A DNA stretch of 64,000 bases from Hemiscyllium ocellatum (lineage: Eukaryota), in the NCBI RefSeq assembly GCF_020745735.1, contig NC_083438.1, forward strand, positions 32,548,443-32,612,442, in the 5' to 3' direction. The position numbers and the translations under genes are program-made. Below, one piece after another: positions 1-46,505 of this stretch. The first letter of the stretch is position 1. Each line of letters begins with the position of its first letter. The notes under the pieces are model-generated. The model was given only the letters and a program-made list of their open reading frames with translations, was not told the DNA's origin and did not search any database.

Positions 1-106
1 ACCGAGTCTACACTCACCTTCCAAGGAATGTTCCACTTAGACCCAGCCCCCTATCCCTGTAACCCTATATTTCCCCTGACTAACCCACCCAGCCTGCCCA
101 TCACCA

Positions 107-290
107 GACATTGTGGGACAATTTAGCATGGCCAATCCACCCTAACCTGCACATCTTTGGACAATGGGAAGAAACTGAGGTAACCCACACAGAGACAGGG
201 AGAATATGCAAACTCCACACAGACAGTCACCTGAGAATAGAATTGAACCTAAGTCCCTGGTACTGTGAGACAGCAGTGCTTACCACTGAC
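107..290 (-). mobile_element. HE1-like V-SINE (shark tRNA-derived SINE)
   Basis: Reverse complement of ...GGAGTTTGCATATTCTCCCTGTCTCTGTGTGGGTT...CAAAGATGTGCAGGTTAGGGTGGATTGGCCATGCTAAATTG. Confidence 0.75.
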
Positions 291-504
291 TCCCTGTGTT
301 ACCCCATCCTCAAGCGATGTTTGTCTTGTTGTAGACTGTCCCACATGAGGAAACATTCTCTCTCTGTCTCCTTTGTCAATCCTTCCCTTTGGTGTCTTAC
401 ATCATTCATTTAGAACTCGTCTCATTCTTCCAAATTCCTGAGAAACTGTCTCTTCTATCAGACAAACTCCTTGTTCCTGGAATTTTGTGAATCTCCTCCA
501 AATT

Positions 505-730
505 GTCTCTGATACAACTCCATCCCTCCTCAAGTAAAAGGGAACTGAAACTTTACACTGTACTCCGGGTTCGGAAATGCCAATTCCTTTATACATTTAC
601 AACACTTTAGCTACTCTCCCACTTTTCTCTGAACTACCTCCGATGCAACTCCATCTCTCCTCAAGTACAGGGAACCAAAATTCTCCACGGTTCTCCAGGT
701 GAGGAAACGCCAATTCCTTTTATACTTATG
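505..730 (-). repeat. About two copies of a ~125-bp CR1-derived unit (same unit as 11670-12060)
   Basis: Repeated gatgcaactccatctctcctcaagta...gccaattccttttatac. Confidence 0.55.
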
Positions 731-733
731 TAC

Positions 734-3325
734 TGATGGAGGATATTCACAGAAATACATCCAGGGAAGTTATTTGGGTGGAACTGAGAAATAAGAAAGG
801 GATGATCACCTTATTTGGATTGTATTATAGACCCCCTAACAGTCAGAAGGAAATTGAGAAACAAATTTGTAAGATTTCAGTTATCTGTAAGAATAATAGG
901 GTGGTTATGGTAGGGGATTTTAACTTTCCAAACATCAACTGGGACTGCCAGAGAGTTAAGGGTTTAGATGGAGAGGAATTTGTTAAGTGCGTACAAGACA
1001 ACTTTCTGATTCAGCATGTGAATGCACCTACTAGAGAAGGTGCAAAACTTGACCTACTCTTGGGAAATAAGGCAGGGCAGGTGACTGAGGTGTGAGTGGG
1101 GGAGCACTTTGAGGCCAGCGACCGTAATTCTATTCATTTTAAAATAGAGATGGAAAAGGATAGACCAGATCTAAAAGTTGAAGTTCTAAACTGGAGAAAG
1201 GCCAATTTTGACGGTATTAGGCAAGAACTTTCGAAAGCTGTTTGGGGGCAGATATTCGCTGGTTAAGGCACAGCTGGAAAATGGGAAGCCTTCAGAAATG
1301 AGATAATGAGAATCCAGAGAAAGTATATTCCTGTTAGGGTGAAAGGAAAGGCTAGTAGGAATAGGGAATATTGGATGACTAAAGAAATTGAGGATTTGGT
1401 TAAGAAAAAGAAGGAAGCATATGTAAGGTATAGACAGGATAGATCGAGTGAATCCTTAGAAAAGTATAAAGGAAGTAGGAGTATACTTAAGAGGGAAATC
1501 AGGAGGGCAAAAATGAGGCATGAAATAACTTTGGCAAATAGAATTAAGCAAAATCTAAAGAGTTTTTACAAATACATTAAGGATAAAAGGGTAACTAGGG
1601 AGAGAATAGGGCGCCTCAAAGATCAGCAAGGCGGCCTTTGTGTGGAACCACAGAAAATGGGGGAGATACTAAATGAATATTTTGCAACAGTATTTACTGT
1701 GGAAAAGGATATGGAAGATATAAAATGTAGGGAAATAGATGGTGGCATCTTGCAAATTGTCCATATTGCAGGGGAGGAAGTGCTGGATGTCTTGAAACAG
1801 GTAAAGGTGGATAAATCCCCAGGACCTGATCAGGTGTACCTGAGAACTCTGTAGGAAGCTAGAGATGTGATTGCTGGGCCTCTTGCTGAGATATTTGTAT
1901 CATCGATTGCCACAGGTGAAGTGCCAGAAGACTGGAAGTTGGCAAACTTGGTGCCACTGTTTAAGAAGGGTGGTAAGGACAAGCCAGAGAACTATAGACT
2001 GGTGAGCCTGACCTCGGTGGTGAGCAAGTTGTTGGAGGGAATCCTGAGGGACAGGATGTACATGTATTTGGAAAGGCAAGGGCCGATTAGGGATAGTCAA
2101 CATGGCTTTGTGCGTGGGAAATCATGTCTCACAAACTTGATTGAGCTTTTTGGGGAAGTAACAAGAAGATTGATGAAGGCAGAGTGGTAGATGTGATCTA
2201 TATGGACTTCAGTAAGGCGTTCGACAAGGTTCCCCATGGGAGACGGATTAGCAAGGTTAGATCTCATGGAATACAGGGGGAACTAGCCATTTGGATACAG
2301 AACTGGCTCAAAGGTAGGAGACAGAGGGTGGTGGTGGAGGGTTGTTTTTCAGACTGGAGGCCTGTGACCAGTGAAGTGCCACAAGGATCGGTGCTGGGCC
2401 CTCTACTTTTTGTTATTTACATAAATGATTTGGATGCGAGCATAAGAAGTACCATTAGTAAGTTTGCAGATGACACCAAAGTTGAAGGTGTAGTGGATAG
2501 CGAAGAGGGTTTCCTCAGATTACAACAGATCTTGATCAGATGGGCCAATGGGCTGAGAAGTGGCAGACGGAGTTTAATTCAAATAAATGCGAGGTGCTTC
2601 ATTTTGGGAAAGCAAATCTTAGCAGGACTTATACACTTAATGGTAAGGTCCAAGGGAGTGTTGCTGAACAAAGAGACCTTGGAGTGCAGATTCATAGCTC
2701 CTTGAAAGTGGAGTCGCAGGTAGTAGGATAGTGGAGAAGGCGTTTGGTATGCTTTCCTTTATTGGTCAGAGTATTGAGTACAGGAGTTAGGAGGTCATGT
2801 TGTGGCTGTACAGCACATTGGTTAGGCCACTGTTGGAATATTGCGTGCAATTCTGGTCTCCTTCCTATCAGAAAGATGTTGTGAAACTTGAAAGGGTTCA
2901 GAAAAGATTTACAAGGATGTTGCTAGAGTTGAGGATTTGTCCAGGGAGAGGCTGAACAGGCTGGGGCTGTTTTCCCTGGAGCATCAGAGGCTGAGGGGTG
3001 ACCTTATAGAGGCTTACAAAATTATGAGGGGCATGGATAGGGTAAATAGGCAGAGTCTTTTCCCTGGGGTCGGGGAGTCCAGAACTGGAGGGCATGGGTT
3101 TAGAGTGAGAGGGGAAAGATATAAAGAGATCTTAGGAGCAACGCTTTCACACAGAGGGTGGTATGGGTATGGAATGAGCTGCCAGGGGATGTGGTGGAGG
3201 CTGGTACAATTGCAACATTGAAGAGGCATTTGGATGGGTATATGAATAGGAAGGGTTTGGAGGGTGATGGCAGATGGGACTAGATTGGGTTGGGATATCT
3301 GGTCGGAGGGTCTGCTTCCATGCTG
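734..3325 (+). mobile_element. CR1 LINE, degenerate ORF2 (endonuclease + RT) to 3' end
   Basis: ORF fragments GLYYRPP/GDFNFP, KSPGPD, SQHGF...SCLTNL, DFSKAFDKV, GSVLGP, FADD; frameshifted. Confidence 0.95.
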
Positions 3326-3484
3326 TACATCTCGAAGACCCTATAAACAACAGCTTCCCTGCTTTTATCCTCCACGGTTACGTTCTGCACTCTGTTCCCG
3401 GCACCTATCTGTGTTGTTTCATTTTCTGTTAACAGTGTACTTCGGAGAGTCCGTTTCTGAAGATTTCTCATGTTCTTCTTGCAG

Positions 3485-36917
<33,433 letters not shown>

Positions 36918-37096
36918 GCGCTGGAAGATCTCAGCTTGCGACAGCTTACCCTGCTTCTCCTGTCTGTTGGTCACTTGCCTGAGGATGCAACCATGAGATT
37001 CAATCCCACCTCTGCTGAGGTGGCTATGTGAATGCAGGACACCTGACTGAGCACTGCCTCCAGACGGGCGTGAGGTGGCAGCCCTTTCTCTGGTTG

Positions 37097-37116
37097 GTCT
37101 CCACCAGGGGGCGCAA
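37097..37116 (+). promoter_or_regulatory. Consensus CTCF-binding motif
   Basis: CCACCAGGGGGCGC at 37101-37114 matches the CTCF core consensus; non-repeat context. Confidence 0.55.
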
Positions 37117-37560
37117 TGCCCTCAACGGAGTGCCAAGGTTTGAAGGTTGAGGCAAAACTTGGGAGTTAACTATTGGACATCGGCAGCTGGTGTATCCTCC
37201 GCTGAAACAACCCTCCCTCAGCGATCAGAGCTATGAGCGCTCGCCTCCCATTCATTATGCATGCCGTTTCCTCATCAGTTTAATCTTTCTCGTGAATTTC
37301 TCAGTCAAGGGCAAGACAATGAGCTGCTTGAAATGTCGATGTCATTAATCTAGAACCCAGCTCTTTATCTCCCAGAGTCAGAGATGTAAGCACTGAAACA
37401 GACCCTTTGGTCCAACTCATCCATGCTGACCAGATATCCTAATTTAACCTGGTCTCATTTAGAGTCATAAAGAAAGATATACAGCACGGACAGTATGGAC
37501 TTACAGATATCCTAAATTAATCGAGAACAATTTCCCAACATTTGGCCCATATCCCTCTAA

Positions 37561-37660
37561 TTCTGGATCAGTGGTGCTGGAAGAGCACAGCAGTTCAGGC
37601 AGCATCCAACGAGCAGCGAAATCGACGCTTTGGGCAAAAGCCCTTCATCAGGAATAAAGC
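37561..37660 (-). mobile_element. pLTR-only mini-insertion, 11-bp TSD
   Basis: tatccctctaa at 37550-37560 and 37661-37671. Confidence 0.75.
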
Positions 37661-37974
37661 TATCCCTCTAAACCTTCCTATTCATATACCCACCCAAGTG
37701 CCTTTTAAATGCTGTAATAGTACCAGCCTCCACCACTTCCTCTGGCAACTCATTCCTTACATGCACCATTTAAAAGAGTTGCCCCTTAGGTGCCTTTTAA
37801 ATCTTTCCCCTCTCATCTTAACCCTAGTTTTGGACTCCCATACCCAGTGGGGAAAAAAGACCTTGACTATTCACCCTATCCATGCCCTTCACGATTTTAT
37901 AAACTTCTGTTAAGGTCACCCCTCAGCCTCCAACACTCCAGGGAAAGTAGCCCCAGCCTGTTCAGCCTTTCCCC

Positions 37975-38562
37975 CTCAGCTCAAGAGCGCTTTAGGGAAC
38001 ATCTCCGGGACACCTGCACCAATTAACCACACCGCCCCGTGGCCCAACATTTCAACTCCCCCTCCCACTCTGCCGAGGACATGGAGGTCCTGGGCCTCCT
38101 TCACCGCTGCTCCCTCACCACCAGACGCCTGGAGGAAGAACGCCTCATCTTCCGCCTCGGAACACTTCAACCCCAGGGCATCAATGTGGACTTCAACAGT
38201 TTCCTCATTTCCCCTTCCCCCACCACAGCCTAGTTCCAAACTTCCAGCTCAGCATTGTCCCTATGACTTGTCCTACCTGCCTATTTTCTTTTCCACCTAT
38301 CCACTCCACCCTCCTCCCTGACCTATCACCTTCATCCCCTCCCCCACTCACCTATTGTCCTCTATGCTACTTTCTCCCCACCCCCACCCTCCTCTAGCTT
38401 ATCTCTCCACCCTTCAGGCTCTCTGCCTTTATTCCTGATGAAGGGCTTTTGCCCGAAACGTCGATTTTACTGCTCTTCGGATGCTGCCTGAACTGCTGTG
38501 CTCTTCCAGCACCCACTGATCTAGAACCTGGTTTCCAGCACCTGCAGTCATTGTTTTTACCA
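37975..38562 (+). mobile_element. Penelope 3' end (GIY-YIG tail + pLTR)
   Basis: RFREHLRDT...AQHFNSPSHS...RRLEEERLIFRLGTLQP. Confidence 0.85.
38435..38462 (+). ncRNA. Hammerhead-like motif
   Basis: CTGATGA A GGGC-TTTT-GCCC GAAAC GTC. Confidence 0.6.
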
Positions 38563-39511
38563 GCCCAACAATGTTCAATCAGTTCCAGAACTTGAATATA
38601 AATCATGTTTTTACAAAAGAAAGTGCAGGAAGAACAGAATCAAATTGTCCTTAAACATTAGGGGAAAATTGTCATTTTCTCTACCCTCCATTTGCCTTTT
38701 TAATGTTTACCTTTTTCCAATTGTTGACCAGACATAGAAAATCAGAGCAGAATTAGGTCATTCAGCCCCTCCACCCTGTTCCACCATTTAATGAGACCAC
38801 TGTTGATCTGATCATCCTCAACTCCACTTTCCACACCTCACTTTCAAATCCCCTTCCTGATTAAAAATCTCAGCCTTCAATGCAGTCAATGATCCAGCCT
38901 CTGTGGGAAAGAATTCCACAGATTCATTCCCCCTCGAAGATAAGAAATTCTTCCCATCTCTGTCTTTGCCCTTACTCGGAGACGCTACCCCTCTGGTCCC
39001 AGACTTGCGCACACACGAGGGGAAACAACCTCTCCATATCCACCAGGTCACGTCCCCCTTATCCATGCCAATTCAGTTGCCCCTGAATTTTCAAAACTCC
39101 AGAGGATACAGGGGCCTGGCCTAAGTAGCCTCTTCCTCATTATTCCAGGGATTAGTCTGGTAAGCCTTCTCTGAACTGCTTCCCCAACATTGACATCCTT
39201 CTGCAAGGATGGGGAGCAGTACTGCACAGTACCCTGGATGCAGAGACAAGGATGAACTGTAGAACTGAAGTTAAAAATCATACAACACCAGGTTATAATC
39301 CAACAGGTTTTGATGTGTGATTTTTAACTTTGTTCACCCCAGTCCAACACCGGCACTCCACGTCATGTAGAACTGAAGCATAAACTCCTGAATCTTGCAT
39401 TCAATCTCCTTTCACAGTAAACCGTAACAGCCTACTGGCTCTCCTGATTACGCGCTGTCCCTGCAAACTAACCTTCTGGGATTCATGGGCTGAGTCCATG
39501 AATCTAGTGGG

Positions 39512-39830
39512 GAGGCAATGGCCATGTGGTATTGTTGCTGGACTGTTAATCCAGAGACCCAGATAATGTTCTGGGGATTTGGGTTTGAATCCTGCCATGG
39601 CAGATGGTGGAATTTGAATTCAATAAAAATCTGGAATTAAGGGTTTAATGCTGACCATTAATCCATTGTTGGAAATATCCATCTGTATCCTTCAGGGAAG
39701 GAAACTGCCATCCTTACCTGGTCTGGCCTACATGTGACTCCAGACCCATAGCCATGTGGTTGACTGTTGAATGCCCTCTGGGTAATAAATGCTAGCCCAG
39801 CCAGTGATAACCTCATCCTGTGAATGAATA
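39512..39830 (+). mobile_element. tRNA-derived SINE of a second family (DeuSINE-like)
   Basis: tRNA-like head GGCAATGGCC...GGTTTGAATCC, then GGGAAGGAAACTGCCATCCTTACCTGGTCTGGCCTACATGTGACTCC; family assignment recalled from memory. Confidence 0.5.
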
Positions 39831-40929
39831 AGAAGAAGCTCACTCAGTTCTCTCTGCACCTCAGAGCTCCATAACCTCTCACTATTAAGGTAACGTACCG
39901 GTCTAAACATTTTATCTGCTTTACCGTTCAATTTTCAAATGCTGAACTTTATTTGAGATGTAGAGACAGTAGAATTACATTGTACGGTATGGTTTAAGGC
40001 ATTTACTCAGAAACTGCAAAAGAACAAGCCTTTTCTGTCTAGAAGGAAACTGCATGAAATGTGAATGATTTTAAGTTCACATGGGATCAATAAAACTGTT
40101 TTAATCTCAATGCGTTTGGGAACGATCATTTTTATTGGTTTCCAAACTGAAAGAATTATGAGACCAGTTTGATGGCCCAGTTAGGGCCACTCAGCTCCTA
40201 ACTTCATTTCCAGCCTTGATTGGACAACACTGTGCAAAGCCACCAGCACCATCCAGTTCTGCTTCCTGCCCATTGGTCTTCCTCACTCAACTTCCCCTTC
40301 CTATGCAAGTCTGTGCCGCAGCTATTCCAGTTCAGCCCGTCAAAGTTAACCCATGGAATGGTCTTATTGACTCCTCATTCGGGAAGTCCAGAACAAGCCC
40401 CTCGGCCCATTGAGTGAGTACACCGGTCCCGCTTTCCCACACTCCACAGCCTTGAATGTTCTGACCCTTTGAGTGATCATCCAAGTACTTTGTAAGGTTT
40501 GGGAAGTTTCTCCCCTCAACTCCCCTCTGAAGGCAGTGCATTCTGGACCTCATCACCCGCTGGGTGCAAATCAATTCTTCAAATCCCCCTCTAAACCTCC
40601 GACCTCTCGCTGTAATATTACAGTCCTTCCTCATTGGTCTTTTAACAAAGGGTGTACATTAGTGTATGAGTTTGTATAAGGGTGTGAGTGTGCACATTAT
40701 TTTGTGTGTGTATGTGTGTCTTGCTTATATAATAATAGAATCCCTACAGTGTAGAAGCAGGCCATTCGGCCTATCAAGTCCACACTGAACCTCTGGAGAG
40801 CATCACATCTAGACCCACCCCCTGTCCCATCCCTGCACCTCCCATGGCTAACCCACGTGGTCTACACAAGCCTGGGCACTGCAGGGTAATTTAGTATGGC
40901 CAATCCACTTAACCTTCACATCCCCTACC

Positions 40930-41122
40930 ACTATGGGACAATTTAGCATGGCCTGTCCACACCAACCTGCATATCTTTGGACTGTGGGAGGAAACTGGAG
41001 CACCCAGAGGAAACCCATGCAGACACAGGGAGAATGTGCAAACTCAGACAGTCGACCGAGGGTGGAATCAAACTCGGGTCCCTGATGGTGTGAGGAAGTA
41101 GTGCTAACCACTGAGCTACCGT
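40930..41122 (-). mobile_element. HE1-like SINE
   Basis: Same core as the other copies. Confidence 0.8.

Positions 41123-41123
<1 letters not shown>

Positions 41124-41173
<50 letters not shown>
41124..41173 (+). repeat. (GT)n microsatellite, about 25 units
   Basis: Direct reading. Confidence 0.95.
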
Positions 41174-41176
<3 letters not shown>

Positions 41177-41454
41177 CAAAGAACAAAGAAGCACAGGAAC
41201 AGACCCTTCAGCCCTCCACGCCTGTGTTGACACATTTTGTGCTCCATACTATCCGTATTCCTCAATTCCCTTCCTATTCATGTATATGCCCATGTCCTTC
41301 TTGAATACTGCTGTTGTGTCTGCTTTCACCACCGTTCTTGCAGTGTATGCCAGACATTCAACACTCTTTGAGTGAAAAACTTGCCTCATACATCTCTTAA
41401 ACTCCCCCCTCACCCTGTACATTTACCTGAGTAATTGACCTCTCCATCCTGGGA

Positions 41455-44400
41455 AAAAGCCAAAGAGTGTCTCTTACTGAGTTCATTGTCCTCCAGGCAC
41501 AGTCGAAGTTTGTCTTGTTGTGCATCCCAGGGTACAGACTGTAGAGCACAGAGTCCTGTATCATGTAGCTGCTTTGGATGAACCTCAACAAAAACCACTG
41601 CATCTTTCTCCAGACTTCCTCAACAAAGGCACATGCCAGAAAGAGACATGTGACAGTCTCTACCCCCCACAGTAGCTTCAAGGGCAGCCTGAGGTGACAC
41701 AGACCGACCGGGTGTACATGAAGGATCTCACTGGTAGTGCCTTTCCCAACACTGCCAGGCGATGTCTTGGTGCTTGTTGGGAAGTTTCGGTGATGAAGCA
41801 TTCTGCCAAGTTACGTTGACATTCTGCTCAGGGAACCACATGGCAGGATTCAGCCTTTCCTTTTCCCCCAGGGTCTCAAGAATGCTACGTGCTGACCATT
41901 TCCTGGTGGACTTGTGGTCAAAGGTGTTTCCCTTTGCAAATTTCTTCACAAAGGACAGGTGATATGGAACGGGCCAACTATTTGGAACACTCCATGGCAA
42001 AGAGGTCAGTCCTGTCCTTCGCAACACCAGGGAAGGTAGAAATATCTTGGTGTTTGCACACTGAGAATCTACACACAGCTTGATACAGCCACACACAGAG
42101 GTGGCCATCAGGATGAGGGTGACGTTGGGTACCTTGTTGCCCCTCCCTTATCCAGCGTTTCGTACATGGAGTCCCTGCAGACATGGTCAATCTTAGACCT
42201 CCAGATGAAGTGCATGTTAGCTCAGGTGAATGCAACAGCACAGTTTCAGGAAATGGGCCACACCTGTATCACCTAGAACAGAGAGTGTGTTGCACACCTG
42301 ATGAATACTGTGTTCAATTCTGGTCTCTTTACAAGCAGGAAGGATGTTGAAAAACTTGAAAGGGTTCAGAAAAGATTTACAAGGATGCAGCTGGGGTTGG
42401 AGACTTCTTACCCTTTGTTTCCACTTTGCCGATCAGTTTTCTCACCATCTCAGTACACTTCCCCTAGTCTCATGCGCTTTAATCTTGCACAATAATCTCT
42501 TATGCAAGACTTTGTCAAACGCTTTCTGAAAGTCCAAATATACCACATCAACTGGCTCCCCCTTGTCACCAAGTTACATCTTATAGAATTCCAACATATT
42601 TGTCAAGCATGATTTCCCCTTCATAAGTCCATGCTGACTCTGTCTGACCCTGCCACTGCTTTCTAAATACACTGCTATAAAGTCCTTGAGAATGGATTCG
42701 AGAATTTTCCCCACTACCGACATTAGGCTTACTGATCTATAATTCCCTGGTTTCTCTCTCCCTCTCTTTTTGAATTTTGGAGTGACATTAGCTACTCTCC
42801 ATTCTGCAGGAACTGCACCTTCAGGTAATCTGTCCCGATTGTGAATGGGATAAAGGATTCCCCAGCACCAGCAACCCCCCCCCCCCCCCTCTCAATTTAT
42901 CTCTCAGCCCTCTTCCCCCTCCACATTCCTAATGAAGGGCTTCTGCTGAAACATCGACTCTCCTGCTCCTCAGTTGCTGCCGGACCTCCTTTGGTTTTTC
43001 CAACGTCACAGTTTTTGATTCTGACTCTCCAGCATCTGTAGTCCTCACTTTCTCCTAAAGGATTGGTCAACCCAGTTCGTAAAGAACAGAGCCTCGCTCT
43101 TGCCTCGATTTACCTTGGCTCCCAAGGCCAGTTTGAACTGGTCACAGGTTCCCATGAGTCTGTGCACTGACAGAAGATCTGAGCAGAAAATGGCGACGTC
43201 ATCCATGTACAGAGAGGTTTTGACCTGCTGGCCCCTGGTGCCTGGAATAGTCGCCCTTCTGAGGCTCACATCCTTCCTGATGGACTCAGCAGAGGGCTCT
43301 ATACAACACACACACAAGGCAGGAGAGAGTGGGCAGCCCTGCCTGACTCCGGATCTGATCGGGAAGCTTTCTGATTCCCAGCCATTGATTGAGACTGCAC
43401 TGACAATGTTGGTGTAGAGCAGTTGGATCCAGTTACAGATTCCCTCCCCAAAGCCCATTTTGGACAGCAGGTCCCACATGTAGATGTGCAATATCTTGTC
43501 AAAGGCCCTCTCCTGGTCCAGGCTGATGAAGCAAGCATCCACCCAACTGTCCTGCACGTAGGCGATCGTATCCCTGAGGAACGTGAGGTTTTCAGACATC
43601 GTCCTGCTGAGTACAGCACAGGTTTGGTCAGGGTGGATCACCGATCCCAAGTAGACCTGACCTGGTTGGCAATGACCTTACATAGGTCTTTTTAATCAGC
43701 ATTCAGCAGTGAAATGGATAGCTAATTTCTAATTTCCTCCATTTCCCCTTCCCCTTGACAAAGCTTTTCATTGGTACACATGACAATAAATTCAATTCAA
43801 TTCAATTGTAGATGAGGGTGCTGATACTTTTCCTCATGGATTCCCACATGCTACGTGCCAGAAGCAAAATGTCATCTCCCTCCAGCAGATCCTGGCAAAT
43901 CAAGTCCCACAGAGCCAAATATAACTCGGCCGGTAAGCCATTGGTTCTGGAAGTTTTATTAAGGACTCTTGGCTGAAAGTGTGTTGCTAGAAAAGTGCAG
44001 CAGGTCAGGCAGCATCCAAGGTGCAGGAATCTCGCTTTCTCCTCTTAAGGACTCTTGGGCCTTGGTCAGCTCTTGCAGAGATAGCAGCTGGCTCAGCCTC
44101 CCCTGTGTGCTGTCATCTGTGATACCGGACAGGAATGACTTGAGCGGATAGACCTATCTGTCTGTGACCAGATGGAACTCCGTTGCGCTCTGTCTCTAGG
44201 GGGCCTGAAGATATCATGCAGCTTGGTGACTTTAACTGTTTCCATCAGGAACCTAGATGTGGAGTCCGGTTTACTGTCAGCCCCTCCAGATTGTCCATCC
44301 ACATCGATGATGCAGCCAAAGGTTCCAGCCAGGATGACTGGCCTGGCCATCACCAGCAGTAGGCAGAGCAGTTACAGGATGGTCAGCTGCTCACTCTTTA

Positions 44401-44690
44401 CCACCAGAGCGTATACATTAATTAGTCTCAGGGGAGCATTTCTCAACATAACACCTGCTACAAGGAGGCGCCTACCCACCACCTCCTTAACCTTGGAGAG
44501 GGTGAAGTTGCCTCCTCACAGCAGGATACACAGGCAGGAGAAACAGCAATCGTTCTCCCTCTCACTCCCACCCCCCAACCAAATCGAAGGCCTGTGGGCC
44601 CATATGCCTAACCATCTCCTGTAGCTGCTGAGGGACAGTATCCCACACTCCTGCAGAAACAGGAGGTTCACTTTGATGTTGGTCAGGTAA
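41455..44690 (-). mobile_element. L1/Tx1-clade LINE ORF2, degenerate, interrupted by CR1 and pLTR pieces
   Basis: Minus ORF SLDQERAFDKI...GVRQGCPLSP...YMDDV; 3' zinc-knuckle region; EN remnant (LRLINVYA) near 44400. Confidence 0.8.
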
Positions 44691-44714
44691 GCTACTGTGG
44701 AGACACATCCTGTA

Positions 44715-45335
44715 GAATGTTTATGTTTTCCTTTATTGGTCAGAGTATTGAGTACAGGAGTTGGGAGGTCATGTTGCGGCTGTACAGGACATTGGTTAGG
44801 CCACTATTCGAATATTGTGAGTAATTCTGGTCTCCCTCCTGTAGGAAGGATGTTGTGAAACTTGAAAGGGTTCAGAAAAGATTTACAAGGATGTTGCCAG
44901 GGTTGGAGGATTTGAGCTATAGGGAGAGGCTGAACAGGCTGGGAGTGTAGGAGGCTGAGGGGTGACCTTATAGAGGTTTATAAAATCATAAGGGGCATGG
45001 ATAAGGAAGACAGACAAGGTCTTTTTTTCCCAGGGTGTGCGAGTCCAGAACTAAAGGCATAGATTTAGGGTGAGAGGGGAAAGATTTAAAAGAGACCTAA
45101 GGTTTGCACAGAGGGTGGTGCGTGCATAGAATGAGCTGCCAGAGGAAGTAGTGGAGACTGGTACTATTACAACATTCAAAAGGCATCTGGATGGGTAAAT
45201 GAATAAGAAGGGTTAAGAGGGATATGGGCCGGGTGCTGGCAAATGGGACTAGATTAATTTAGCATATCTGGTCGGCATGGATGAGTTGGACCAAAGGGTC
45301 AGTTTCCATGCCGTAGAGCTCTGTGACTCTACATT
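44715..45335 (+). mobile_element. CR1 3' end
   Basis: Same 3' sequence as 2750-3325. Confidence 0.85.
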
Positions 45336-45706
45336 GTATAGCACGAAACACATTGATAGTGCCAATTTTAAAACCTATTTTGAGAGCTTATGGACTGACC
45401 CGGACACTCCATGTCCATTCACCTGTGGAGTTGTCACTGAGGACTCCCTGCATCCCCGTGGTGTGGGCGAACTGTTGGGATATTCTGCATTGAGGTAAGG
45501 TTAAAGATCACACAACACCTGGTTACTATCCAACAGGTTTATTTAGAATCACTACTTTTTGGCGCACTGCTCCTTCATCAGGTAGGGTGCCCACCCCTTA
45601 CCCCAGCAAGAAAACTGAAACAAGGGGCCCCCAGAAAGAGGGACAGTCTGGAGAGGAGGAAAAGCTAGTCAGCGTGGAGGCACAATAACTGAGTCAACCT
45701 CCAGCT

Positions 45707-45915
45707 AAAAATCACATAACACCAGGTTATAGTCCAACAGGTTTAATTGGAAGCACTAGCTTTCGGAGCGTCGCTCCTTCATCAGGTGATTATCAGGTGG
45801 GCTAAGGGAGTGGCACAAGCTAGTGCTTCCTATTAAACCTGTTGGACTATAACCTGGTGTTGGGTGATTTTTAACTCTGTCACACTCCAGTCCAACACCG
45901 GCATCTCCAAATCAG
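45707..45915. mobile_element. Palindromic element of a second pLTR family (~55-bp inverted arms); related pieces at ~39273-39360 and ~45505-45585
   Basis: aaaaatcacataacaccaggttatagtccaacagg...cctgttggactataacctggtgttgggtgattttt. Confidence 0.7.
45757..45785 (-). ncRNA. Hammerhead-like motif, second family
   Basis: Minus strand CTGATGA A GGAGC-GAC-GCTCC GAAA GCTA. Confidence 0.55.
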
Positions 45916-46375
45916 TCCAGCTGAGCTGACAGTCTCAATGGAGGAGACAGGGGAGTGAATATCGGTGAGAAACAACTGGAAAAGAAAAGCAGGTCAAACA
46001 CATCAGCATGTCCTCTGACGATGAAGGCGTACAGGGGGCCACCCCCAACAATAAAAAGAGAGCAGCCGCACAGCCCAGAAAGACGAGGCGTCCCGGAAAG
46101 CCGGGCGAATCCCCAGTTTGATTTGCATTTCGAAACACAAAGGTTTAGTTTCGAAAAGCACGGAATTACTCAGGGATCATGACATTTACGATCAACGTGA
46201 GTGTAGGCTGTTTCTGGCTGAGACTCAAATCCGCTCTTCCTGCAACATTCAAATTACTGCAGAGACTGAGATCTGTACTGAAAACAACCAATGCCGGAGA
46301 CCACAGCAAAGTCAGGCAGCAGCCATGGAGAGAGAGTAAACTCACATTTCCAGTCTCGGTGACTCTTCATCAGAG

Positions 46376-46505
46376 TAAAAAATGAGGTCTGCAGATGCTG
46401 GAGATCACAGCTGCAAATGTGTTGCTGGTCAAAGCACAGCAGGCCAGGCAGCATCTCAGGAATAGAGAATTCGACGTTTCGAGCATAAGCCCTTCATCAG
46501 GAACT
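46376..46505 (-). mobile_element. pLTR fragment with hammerhead-like motif (46473-46500); near-identical copy at ~53070-53200 (motif 53167-53194)
   Basis: Minus strand CTGATGA A GGGC-TTAT-GCTC GAAAC GTC GAATT. Confidence 0.75.

Noticed and set aside
37020-37145. Frame with a GYVNA tyrosine motif after the stop
   Set aside because: Preceded by a stop with no convincing acceptor; probably 3' UTR.
40089-40094. AATAAA as the receptor poly(A) signal
   Set aside because: 3.2 kb from the stop with other hexamers in between; cannot be assigned.
46128-46160. TTCGAA pairs and GAAA motifs as ISRE/HSE/NF-kB sites upstream of the V gene
   Set aside because: None matches a consensus well enough to exceed chance.
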